NCBI GenBank assembly: GCA_965222225.1 | Contig: CBDCTK010000002.1 | Coordinates: 4,928,001-4,992,000, forward strand | DNA: 64,000 nt | From: Candidatus Poribacteria bacterium | GTDB lineage: Bacteria; Poribacteria; WGA-4E; JAJDTR01 | Direction: 5' to 3' | Part shown: piece after piece, positions 42,011-51,376 of the stretch | Position numbering within the stretch: position 1 is the first letter of the stretch | Layout of the letters: each line of letters starts with the position of its first letter | Notes under the pieces: model-generated | The model's input: the letters and a program-made list of their open reading frames with translations, nothing else | Databases searched by the model: none | Told to the model about the DNA's origin: nothing | Position numbers and translations under genes: made by a program

Positions 42011-43117
42011 TCAGAACGAGATACGCATCAATTCCATTGAGAATCCCTCATCGACCGATGATAGATTGTCCTCGACAGAGGCGAGTTCTTCGCCCCAACC
42101 TCGTGTGAAACGGTGTGTGTACCACATCCCGAGGGCAGAGCCAAGAATGTTTGCCAGCACATAAGACTTGGAATTCTCGCCACTGACATCAGCAATAAGC
42201 AGCGCACCGCTACCGGATAGGGTACCGACGAATCCGCCAAGGGTTATCAAAAGTGCCCGACCGAACGTGTACTCGCCGCTATCGGTCAATTGACCGCTAA
42301 TGTACGCCCCAAGGGGTAAACCGAGCATTGCGGCGGATACGTAAGGGCGAGGATGTTCAGCGAACTCTACTCCCGCAAGGTGGACTATTCCGGCGGCGTA
42401 GGCAGCCCCAACGACGCCTCCGAGTGAGATGAGATGCGCGCGGCCTTGTGAAATCGATTTGCCGCGAATCAAGCGTGATGTTGTCCAGACGCCAACCGGG
42501 ACGCCGACCATTGCAAATGCCGTGTATATTTGTGCTTCATCCCACTTTTCAAGGTTGTCAATGTTGATGAGATACGGGATGGCGAGGCCGTAAAAACCTC
42601 CGACCAATCCGCCGTTGGTTAGCAGATCCGTTTCACCCTTCTCGTACCATCTGTGAGAACTCAACATATTGGCGGTTAGCCCACCCAAAGGGGTACCAAG
42701 CATGGCCCCTGTCCAATACGCCTTGTCGTTCTCGGTTTCAAAGAATACAGGGATACCGAGCCCAAACAGTGTGCCTGCATAACTCCCCCAGCGCATGAGT
42801 TTGGAACGTCCGGCGCCGAGCCGATGGTCTTCCGTAAGTTTTAGCGCACTCCAGAATGCACCGCTGCCAAAGAGCAGTTCTAGTCCGACCACCTGACGAG
42901 CTGATTCAATGTCCAATAGACTGACCGTACCAGGCCCGTACAACATCAACCCGTACAGTGTTGCATCAAATACAATCCGTCTCCTGCCCTCCTGTTGTTC
43001 TTCCAAAAGGACTTGCGATTCGTCACTGGGTCCGGGACTTGCCTCCGATGCAAGATTGGTGAAGGTGAGGTTCATAAGACAGAAAAGCAGAGCAAAAGCA
43101 GTGTTACGTTTTATCAT
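42011..43117 (-). CDS. Hypothetical Gly-rich polytopic membrane protein with repeated helical hairpins
   Basis: Signal peptide; repeats G(R/E)xxLxxxGGxxG..YG...G.P.G. Confidence 0.6.
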   Translation of the reverse strand: MIKRNTAFALLFCLMNLTFTNLASEASPGPSDESQVLLEEQQEGRRRIVFDATLYGLMLYGPGTVSLLDIESARQVVGLELLFGSGAFWSALKLTEDHRLGAGRSKLMRWGSYAGTLFGLGIPVFFETENDKAYWTGAMLGTPLGGLTANMLSSHRWYEKGETDLLTNGGLVGGFYGLAIPYLINIDNLEKWDEAQIYTAFAMVGVPVGVWTTSRLIRGKSISQGRAHLISLGGVVGAAYAAGIVHLAGVEFAEHPRPYVSAAMLGLPLGAYISGQLTDSGEYTFGRALLITLGGFVGTLSGSGALLIADVSGENSKSYVLANILGSALGMWYTHRFTRGWGEELASVEDNLSSVDEGFSMELMRISF

Positions 43118-43138
43118 AAATTTCCTTGGCAAGCAGGT

Positions 43139-43700
43139 TCAGTTCCTGTTCCAGAGGGAGACAATGGCATCGTGAATCCTGCCTTCGATACCGACGGCAA
43201 ACGGGGCGTGCGTCTCGCAACGTAAAGCGTGCCCGTGAATGCTGAGACAAGAACCCGCCTCGTAACCGCCTTTCCCGCCGCGCGCCAGCGCCTTATCCGT
43301 AGGGACATACCCCATTGTAGCCCATTTTGTAACCGAAAACCATTGTATGATCGAATGGAGCGTTTTCATCAACCCACAGCTCGTACTCACAAAACGGTTC
43401 TTGCGGCATGGTTATGAGACACCACTCTGTGCCAATCATAAAAGCGGTTATATCGAATCGCGACTCCGGTTTCTCGCCGCGCTCAATCATGTCTTTCATG
43501 GCCTCTAAAGACCCAATCATTCCGAGATAAAGTTCATGTCCGGCAGTACCCCGCTCATGAGAAGTTTTTCGTGCATGTCCCATCTTCCATCTACATTCTC
43601 CTAAGGGGCATGGGTCACCGATTTCCGCGAGCCAAGCGATTTGTGCGTCGGTACACCGTCTTTTCCGCTATGGGCACAGACACCGAAATACTCATGACAC
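43139..43700 (-). pseudogene. Degraded C-terminal fragment of a neutral/alkaline ceramidase-like protein
   Basis: MPQEPFCEY, TMVFGY and GYVPTDKAL..GGYEA split over frames; no intact 5' part. Confidence 0.55.
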
Positions 43701-43764
43701 AAGGCGGTTCCCACGGGATTGAAGATCTAGGGCGTGCGCTTACAAGAGCATTGCTTACCACGAC

Positions 43765-44781
43765 TTATTCCGGTTCGGATACCTTAACCAGTTGCTTACC
43801 GATGTTACCGCCTTTCAGCATGCCGATAAATGCTGCTGCCGTATTTTCAAATCCCTCAGTAATCGTCTCTCTATATTTTAGTTTACCCTCTTGAACCCAT
43901 TCCGCCATTTGGCGGAGGCCATCTTCGTGCCGGTCTGCGAAATCGTTCACCAACAATCCTTCAACCCTAGCGCGTTTGGCAATCAACTGCCACAGTAGCC
44001 TCGGCCCTAGGTCAGGTTCTTGCAAGTTATACTGGGAAATCTGGCCGCAAATTACCATACGTCCTCTCAAGTTGATATTTAGAAAGACCGCATCGGTAAC
44101 AGGACCTCCGGTGTTGTCAAAATAGACATCGATTCCATCCGGACAGACCTCCTGCAACTTTGCGTTATAATCCGTGACAGAATTGTAGTTGAATGCGTCG
44201 TCAAAACCGAGGTCGTTTACGACATGGTTGACTTTTTCGTCGGTACCGGCAACACCGACAACACGGCAACCTTTGATCTTTGCGATTTGGCCCGCGGTGG
44301 AACCGACAGCCCCCGCCGCTCCCGAGACAAGCACATGCTCCCCATCTTTGAGTTGCCCAATTTCAAGCAGACCAAAGTACGCCGTTAGTCCAGGCATACC
44401 GAGTACACCAAGTGCCGCGGAAATCGGCGCGAGTGAGGCATCAACCTTCTGAATCGCATTGCCTGGTGCAACGCCGTATTCCTGCCATCCCAAGTATGCC
44501 TTGACAATGTCACCCTCTTGAATATCGGAGTGTTTTGATTTGACGACCTGTCCTACAGTTCCGCCGAGCACTACATCACCAATCTCTTGGGAGGCGGCAT
44601 AGGATTTGGCTTTCCTCATCCGTCCACGCATATAGGGGTCGACAGAAAGATAGCAGGTGCGTATCAGAACCTCTCCGTCTCCTGGCGTGGGAATCGGCGA
44701 AGCCACGAGGTTGAAATCAGACTCTTTCGGATAACCTACTGGCCTTGAGGCAAAGATGAATTGTCGGTTTTGTTCAGGCAT
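43765..44781 (-). CDS. NADP-dependent oxidoreductase (CurA/prostaglandin reductase family)
   Basis: YLSVDPYMRGRM, LGMPGLTAYFGL, VSGAAGAVGS, CGQISQYN, GGNIGK. Confidence 0.92.
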   Translation of the reverse strand: MPEQNRQFIFASRPVGYPKESDFNLVASPIPTPGDGEVLIRTCYLSVDPYMRGRMRKAKSYAASQEIGDVVLGGTVGQVVKSKHSDIQEGDIVKAYLGWQEYGVAPGNAIQKVDASLAPISAALGVLGMPGLTAYFGLLEIGQLKDGEHVLVSGAAGAVGSTAGQIAKIKGCRVVGVAGTDEKVNHVVNDLGFDDAFNYNSVTDYNAKLQEVCPDGIDVYFDNTGGPVTDAVFLNINLRGRMVICGQISQYNLQEPDLGPRLLWQLIAKRARVEGLLVNDFADRHEDGLRQMAEWVQEGKLKYRETITEGFENTAAAFIGMLKGGNIGKQLVKVSEPE

Positions 44782-45094
44782 TTAGTTTTTTCTCCTTCGA
44801 GAACACTGTTAGGATTTGCATAGGAATCTGGCATGTTTTTGTGAAAATCTGTGGTAAAGCAGAGCGGTTGCAAGTTTACAGGACCACTACAGCCACTAGG
44901 GTTGTCCACTGTGGATTCATCCTCATAGCCGGATGCTGATAATCCGATTGAACAAACGCTCAATCACTGATAAAATAGTGCATTATGGAGCCTACAATAA
45001 AACGATGCCATTATATCACGAAAAGGCTGGACTCACCATATACAAATGCCATCTGGAAACACCTGGAACATTAGTTGTCCTACAATTTGGAGCA

Positions 45095-46213
45095 ATGTCA
45101 AAAGGTAATATCACTCTCAAGAATGTTACAAAATACTTCGGCGACACCGTTGCCGTTAATGACATCTCGCTTGAAATCGGTGGTGGTGAATTTTTTTCGC
45201 TACTTGGGCCGAGTGGCTGTGGAAAAACAACAACGTTACGGATGATTGGTGGGTTCGATCATCCGACATCCGGGGGGATTTTTATCAACGACACAGCAAT
45301 CGGACGCACGCCACCTTATCGTTTGGATGTCAACACAGTATTTCAGAATTATGCACTGTTTCCGCACAAGACTGTCTCGCAGAATATAGGGTTTGGATTA
45401 CAGATGAGAAACGTTGCCAAGAGGCAGATAGAATTGCAAGTTGACGAATTTCTGGAGATGGTTCACCTGCCGAGGTATGGCAATCGAAAGCCGGGTGAAC
45501 TTTCCGGTGGCGAGAAGCAGCGCGTGGCGCTGGCACGTGCGCTCATCAATCGTCCATCAATCCTGTTGTTGGACGAGCCCCTAGCTGCTCTTGATTTAAA
45601 ATTGCGAAAACAAATGCAAATAGAGCTTAAGGAGTTGCAGCGCGAAGTGGGAATTACTTTCGTCTACGTTACTCACGACCAAGGCGAAGCCTTTGCGTTA
45701 TCCGACCGTATCGCCATCATGAACGAGGGTGTCGTGTGCCAAGTTGGAAGTGCGGCTGAAATCTACGATGAACCAAACAGCCGGTTTGTCGCGGATTTTA
45801 CCGGGACATCAAATTTCTTTGACGGAAGATTGCTTGCGGTAGAAGGCGAAAAGGCAAGAGTACAGTTGCACAATTACGCCGAGGTTGAATTCGTCGGTAG
45901 AAACAACAAAGATTTGAAAGAGGGTGACGCCGCCACGGTGGCAATTCGCCCCGAACACATTTTCTTGACGGCTCAAACCACAGAAAACTCTATCAATCGG
46001 ATAAAGGGGACCATTCGTGACGAGATGTACCTTGGGACAGTAATGCAGTATACCGTGGAAGCATCTGACGGAGCATCAGTGATCGCGTACGAGCAGAATC
46101 GCGGCAGCGGGAAGGAAAATCGTTGGCAAATTGGGGACAGTGTCTATCTAACATGGCAATCTGAAAACGCAACTGTTTTGAAAGCCAGCGATACTCTATT
46201 GCAAGAAGAATAA
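45095..46213 (+). CDS. potA: Polyamine ABC transporter ATP-binding protein (PotA-like, TOBE domain)
   Basis: GPSGCGKTT, NTVFQNYALFPH, LSGGEKQRVALAR, LDEPLAALD, FVYVTHDQ. Confidence 0.85.
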   Translation: MSKGNITLKNVTKYFGDTVAVNDISLEIGGGEFFSLLGPSGCGKTTTLRMIGGFDHPTSGGIFINDTAIGRTPPYRLDVNTVFQNYALFPHKTVSQNIGFGLQMRNVAKRQIELQVDEFLEMVHLPRYGNRKPGELSGGEKQRVALARALINRPSILLLDEPLAALDLKLRKQMQIELKELQREVGITFVYVTHDQGEAFALSDRIAIMNEGVVCQVGSAAEIYDEPNSRFVADFTGTSNFFDGRLLAVEGEKARVQLHNYAEVEFVGRNNKDLKEGDAATVAIRPEHIFLTAQTTENSINRIKGTIRDEMYLGTVMQYTVEASDGASVIAYEQNRGSGKENRWQIGDSVYLTWQSENATVLKASDTLLQEE

Positions 46214-46237
46214 ATGGGTGACGCACTGACTGAATTG

Positions 46238-48931
46238 CTATTCAGCACTTAGACGACTCGTCAACGCCTTTCTGATTTCCTCAATGCGGTCTATATTTGT
46301 AACTTTTCCGCCATCTGCCTCCGTAACATAGAAAGTATTCTTGATTTCTTCAATGGGCTTTGTCTTTGTAGCCTTTCTCTCAACCGCTTCAGCAGCATAG
46401 AACGAATCCATCGCCGTAAAGCCCTCTGTGGTGATTTTGGCGATATAGACATCAATCTTCAAATCATAGAACACATCTGCGATCGAGTAAAGCAAACCAA
46501 TTCGATCTTGAGATTGGATATCAATGATGGTTGCCAACTCCGATCCGCCATTGTCGACTACAACCTCAAGAGGTAGGTTGCGTCGGCCCCTGCCTGATGA
46601 AATCGTTTTCTCCTGCTGTTGCAGAGTGGTGTCGAAGTCGGCTTGGTCATGCCAAATGTTGTCTAGTGCTTGAATAACTCGATCGCGATGCTCAACACTC
46701 AAACCGCGCCGGGTTGTTTCGTCTGACAAATTGATGGTGTCAATCACAATTTCATCGCCGCGTGTCTCTATGTCTGCACGCAAAATATTGGCTTTTTCTG
46801 CAGCAATCACGCCTGCGATTTGGCGGAAAGTCCCGCGTTTATCTCGCGTGCAGATTCCAATCTGTGTGTGTAATTGGGAATCCTGAAAACAGGCAACCGC
46901 GATGGGTTTATCCCCAAGTTTCTCGACTAATTCAATCTGTTTGCAGATGAACGCAGGGGAATTGCCCACCAATTGCTGATCGGGCATCGCGTCAAAATGT
47001 CGCTGGATTGCGACTTCCCCAACAGTTCCCCCGATTAGGTCGCTGACCTGCGTGTGTAAGTTATCCAATTCTATCCGATAGGGTTCGCCTCGCAAGTGTT
47101 TTATGGTCCTATCGTAAAGGGAACGTAATAGTGTTGCGCTCCACTCCGTCCAGATGTTTGTACTGACAGCGCGCATATCTGCGAATGTCAGCAGGTAAAG
47201 CATCTTAGCGTTTTGTTCATTCCCAACCAACTTGGCGAACTGTTCAATTGTCTTTGGATCGTCCAAATCTCGATGTTGCGCCGTGTGCGACATATCAAGG
47301 TGCTTGGAGATCAGAAACAGCACGATTTCCCGATCTTCCTCCGAAAGTGCTAAGCGGTCCAACATGGTCTTTGCTGCTTCAACGCTTCGTTGGTCATGGT
47401 CACCGGCACCCTCTGTCCCTTTCCCGACATCGTGGTACAGCACTGCAAGCCGCAACAATTCCGGTTTTTCTAGAGACTTTAGCATTTCAATGAAGGCTTG
47501 ACCATCCTTTATTTCTGCCAGCGTTTGCGCCTCCAAGTTCTCTATTGCATACATTGTATGTTCATCAACAGTATATTGATGTGGACGATCATAACGGACG
47601 AGAGATCGGATCTTGCTAAATTCGGGCAGATAGCAGTCCAGTACCTCCAAGCGGTGCATTTCGCGAAGCGTTTCGGCAACTCGGGTCGAGTTCCCTAGAA
47701 TCGAGAGAAATGCCTCCGCGTTTATGGGAGTGCGCTGAAACTCGTCATCAATAAGATGGAGATTCGCGACGATTGCATGCTTTACATCGCTGCTGATACG
47801 GAAACCAAGCTGTTGCGTATGGACAAACAACCGCATTATTCGCGTCGGATAGGTCGAGAAGTCTGATTGTCCGGGCTGGAAAGAGATTTCCCTATCAATA
47901 ATCGAAAAGCCATCAGAAAGTTTTATAGAACGCAAAAGCTTAATTGCCCGACTGCCCGTCCACTCCTTGTCTTTCACGAGTTCGATGATAAGACTGGTAA
48001 ACTCGGATAGATGTTCGGCGCGCAGATAGTAGTCTCGCATCATCGCTTCCTCCGCCAAGATACTTCCCTCATCGGAGTATCCAAGATTCTTGGCGATAGT
48101 CTGCTGTACTTCAAAGGAGAGCTTGTCGGTTTTTCGCTTCGTTACATAATGTAGCTCATTACGTAACCACCACAAAAAATCTAGCGATGCTCTGCTTGCT
48201 TCAGCGACACTTGAGGAGATAATCTTGCGTTTGGAAAGTAGATGGAGATCTTTAATCCCGTACTTGACGGCAGTAATCCATATAGCAGTGTGAAAATCCC
48301 TTAGACCTCCGACGCTTTCCTTTATATCCGGTTCCTGCAAATAGATGGTTGAGCCGTGCGACGCGTGACGCTCTTTCCATTCCCCAATCGACTGCGCGAT
48401 GAATTTCTTGATTTGTCGTCTGTAGACGTGTTTCGCAATTTGCCGTAGCAGCTGTTTATGCACCACTTTGGCGCCCACGATGTAACGAGATTCAATCATT
48501 GATGTCTTTGACACAAAGTCGTCATACGTTGCACGAATGCATTCCTTGATAGATCTGCAACTGTGTCCTACCTCGTAACCGACATCCCAAAGTACTGTAA
48601 TAAGGTGATTGGCGAAGGATTCCAACTCGCCGATTGAGATTTTGGAGTCGTCGTAAACCAGCATCACATCAATATCCGAATACGGATTGAGTTCCGCACG
48701 ACCGTACCCTCCCAATGCTAGAATGGTGAGTGGCGCATCTTCCGGCAGCATTCCCCGCTCTACCCCGTCTTCGTAGATTTGTTGAACCACATTATCGGCA
48801 AGGCGCGTGTATTCTTCGACGATTTCGATTCCTCCGAGCCCAAACCGGTGGCATTTTTCGATCCGGTCCCGCCCATCTGCAGACAACGCTTTGAGTTGTG
48901 CAACGAGCACCTGGCTTTCCGATTGCTGCAT
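46238..48931 (-). CDS. glnD: [Protein-PII] uridylyltransferase/uridylyl-removing enzyme, paralogue 1
   Basis: GGYGR..L.P.SDID, IKESVGGLRD, HQYTVDEHT, YHDVGKG, two ACT domains. Confidence 0.93.
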   Translation of the reverse strand: MQQSESQVLVAQLKALSADGRDRIEKCHRFGLGGIEIVEEYTRLADNVVQQIYEDGVERGMLPEDAPLTILALGGYGRAELNPYSDIDVMLVYDDSKISIGELESFANHLITVLWDVGYEVGHSCRSIKECIRATYDDFVSKTSMIESRYIVGAKVVHKQLLRQIAKHVYRRQIKKFIAQSIGEWKERHASHGSTIYLQEPDIKESVGGLRDFHTAIWITAVKYGIKDLHLLSKRKIISSSVAEASRASLDFLWWLRNELHYVTKRKTDKLSFEVQQTIAKNLGYSDEGSILAEEAMMRDYYLRAEHLSEFTSLIIELVKDKEWTGSRAIKLLRSIKLSDGFSIIDREISFQPGQSDFSTYPTRIMRLFVHTQQLGFRISSDVKHAIVANLHLIDDEFQRTPINAEAFLSILGNSTRVAETLREMHRLEVLDCYLPEFSKIRSLVRYDRPHQYTVDEHTMYAIENLEAQTLAEIKDGQAFIEMLKSLEKPELLRLAVLYHDVGKGTEGAGDHDQRSVEAAKTMLDRLALSEEDREIVLFLISKHLDMSHTAQHRDLDDPKTIEQFAKLVGNEQNAKMLYLLTFADMRAVSTNIWTEWSATLLRSLYDRTIKHLRGEPYRIELDNLHTQVSDLIGGTVGEVAIQRHFDAMPDQQLVGNSPAFICKQIELVEKLGDKPIAVACFQDSQLHTQIGICTRDKRGTFRQIAGVIAAEKANILRADIETRGDEIVIDTINLSDETTRRGLSVEHRDRVIQALDNIWHDQADFDTTLQQQEKTISSGRGRRNLPLEVVVDNGGSELATIIDIQSQDRIGLLYSIADVFYDLKIDVYIAKITTEGFTAMDSFYAAEAVERKATKTKPIEEIKNTFYVTEADGGKVTNIDRIEEIRKALTSRLSAE

Positions 48932-49359
48932 CTGGCAACCTCCATTATCTCACTGTACGTGGTTCCCTGTACATCAGTCAGTGATTTCTCACAGCACCTG
49001 GGTGAAAACGCTACTGAGGGCGTTCTCGCCCAATTCTTGGCTATAAACTCTATATGATATGTGCACGTAACGCACGTGTGGCTATCCTACTATACTAGAC
49101 GCGGTTTAGCGGAAGGTGGCTACAATGTAAGGCAATCTTCCATCTGCACACTGACACACTTCCGATGGCTAAAGCTCTGATGCATCCGGCAGTGTCATCG
49201 GTGAAGCCTTGTGGAAACTCGACTTGCATCGCCTTGCGCTCCCCGGCGTCCAAGTTTATCGCCAATGCATTCGTTAAACAAGAGACGAAATCTTCAGGGC
49301 CTTGACGCAACTGGAATCAACGAATTCTGATTGACACGTCAGACAGAGGGGTGAGGCAT

Positions 49360-49848
49360 CTATTCTTGGTCTTGATTAGATTGTGCGAGTGCGTTCGGGC
49401 TATGACTCTCAAGCGCGCGGGACTGTTCCCCGATCATTACAGCGAGGCTAGCGATGATGTCAACGCATTCCTTCACCAGCACAGTCTGCGTAGTGTCGTG
49501 TTTGGTCATGTGTTCCGTAAACTCGTGTGCGTGGTCATCTTGCTGTTGGGTTTTCGAAACAAGATTTTCCATGAGTGTAACACAATCACTTAGCAGCTTC
49601 GTCTGCGTCTTGTTGTGTTCCGTCATGTGTTCGGTCATCAGGACCCGCGATGACACCACTTCCCGATGCAAGACCTTTATCGTCTCACGGCTGTCCTCCA
49701 TATCCTCTTTCATCGTATCAAGGTAGAGGGCATCACGCCGTGGAATGAAATAGACGAGCAACAAGATGATAACAAGCACACCGATTATGTCGAAGCCGTA
49801 ATCGAGGAACCAGAATACGGCTTCAATAAAATTGGCAGGCATCTCCAT
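49360..49848 (-). CDS. Uncharacterised membrane-anchored helical protein with His/Met/Cys 39-aa repeat, copy 1
   Basis: N-terminal TM helix, GAGG RBS, paralogue at 50463-50909 with conserved reading frame. Confidence 0.8.
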   Translation of the reverse strand: MEMPANFIEAVFWFLDYGFDIIGVLVIILLLVYFIPRRDALYLDTMKEDMEDSRETIKVLHREVVSSRVLMTEHMTEHNKTQTKLLSDCVTLMENLVSKTQQQDDHAHEFTEHMTKHDTTQTVLVKECVDIIASLAVMIGEQSRALESHSPNALAQSNQDQE

Positions 49849-50070
49849 GGTATATTCGAAGCCTCTTTTTACTCTTAGTACATCATGGGTGAATTAGGAT
49901 GAGTTTACTGTCGGTCTAGCTCATCCTGAAAATTAGATAAAGACCGTTTACAGATTGTAGGCAAGATACTCCATGTGACAGTAGGCAATAGCCACCAAGT
50001 TTCCTGCCAAAGGCTAGCACTGATACCGGACTTGCCAGGGGCGACAGGACGGTAGCATGGTTGTGAACTT

Positions 50071-50250
50071 GTACCATTTCCCTAAAATGCAAGTGCATTG
50101 ATGACGTGAATTAAGTAAATAAACTTGCGTGTAGCAGAGTAAGAATCCTTGTCTCCGCGCAAAGTCGGCGGGGCAAGATGCCCCGCCTACGGAGAAAGTG
50201 AACGACATAATTAAGACATTACATGCCCTATTATTCAAGCGAAATGGTAT
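50071..50250. mobile_element. MITE family A copy inserted in the leader of duplicate copy 1
   Basis: TIR GTACCATTTC...GAAATGGTAT; internal REP GGCGGGGCAAGATGCCCCGCCTAC; empty site AAACTTAGTT at 51101-51110 in the other duplicate. Confidence 0.8.
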
Positions 50251-50462
50251 TAGTTGAGTATGTGGCCAAATACTGTCATATTCTCAGTGAACTAACATTA
50301 AACACCGAGATTCCTGTAGACTAAAAAGGCCTCGTCAATGCAAAACGAGTAAAACGAACTTTGTTAGCTTCTAGCTCTGAATTAGCCGGCTACAGACGCC
50401 TGCATTCTAGATTTGATACGCTGGCCGAGGAAGCGACGGATACAGAAACTACGATACAGATT

Positions 50463-50909
50463 TTAACGCGAAACAGTGTCAGACTGCTCCTGCACCTTTG
50501 CAGTGAGGTTAGCCATGATGTCAACGCACTCCTTCATCAGCATAGTCTGCGTTGTGTCGTGTTTGGTCATGTGCTCTGTAAGCGCGTGCGCGTGATTATC
50601 TTGCTGTTGGGTTTTCGCAACGAGGTTTTGCATGAGCGTAACACAGTCACTTAGCAACTTCGTCTGTGTCTTGTTGTGTTCCGTCATGTGTCCGGTCATG
50701 AGGCCCCGCGATGACACTACTTCATGATGCAAGACCTTTATCGTCTCACGTCTGTCCTCCATATCCTCTTTCATCGTATCGAGATACAGCGTATCGCGCC
50801 GCGGAATGAAATAGGCGAGCAGCCAGATGATGACAAACACTCCGATAATGTCGAAGCCGATATCAAGGAGCCAGATCAGGAATTCAGTAAAATTTGTAGG
50901 TATGTCCAT
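50463..50909 (-). CDS. Uncharacterised membrane-anchored helical protein with His/Met/Cys 39-aa repeat, copy 2
   Basis: N-terminal TM helix, GGGAGG RBS, clear paralogue of 49360-49848. Confidence 0.8.
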   Translation of the reverse strand: MDIPTNFTEFLIWLLDIGFDIIGVFVIIWLLAYFIPRRDTLYLDTMKEDMEDRRETIKVLHHEVVSSRGLMTGHMTEHNKTQTKLLSDCVTLMQNLVAKTQQQDNHAHALTEHMTKHDTTQTMLMKECVDIMANLTAKVQEQSDTVSR

Positions 50910-51164
50910 GGTATATTCGAGGCCTCCCTTTATTCTTAGTACATCGTGAGTGAATAGGATGGGTTAAGCAGTAATCTAGCCCATCCTCGAATTTGGAAAA
51001 AGATCGCTACAGATTGCAGGCAATAGCACTCAAGTTTATTGCCGAAGGCTAGCGCGAATACCGGACTTGACGGCGGCGAATGGCGCAGCAGCATGATTGT
51101 AAACTTAGTTTGTTAGAGGGCCAACTTCTGTCAGATTCTTAGTGAACTAACACTAAACACCGAG

Positions 51165-51193
51165 GTTCTAGTAGACTAGAAAGATCCTGTCAA
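51165..51193 (-). promoter_or_regulatory. Putative sigma-70 promoter of the duplicated cassette
   Basis: TTGACA-17 bp-TAGAAC; aligned degenerate TTGACG-17 bp-AGGAAT at 50310-50338. Confidence 0.45.
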
Positions 51194-51376
51194 TACAAAA
51201 ACGAGTGTAACGGATCTTGTAAGATTCTAGTTCTGAATTTGCTGGCTAAAAACGAGCCTACTCTAAATTTGCTGCGCTGACCGAAGAAATCGGACAACGA
51301 ATACTGGAACTACGATACAGATTTTAACATGCAACGGCGGAACTTCCGATTGGGCCTCAGAGAGTACTTCGGCAAC

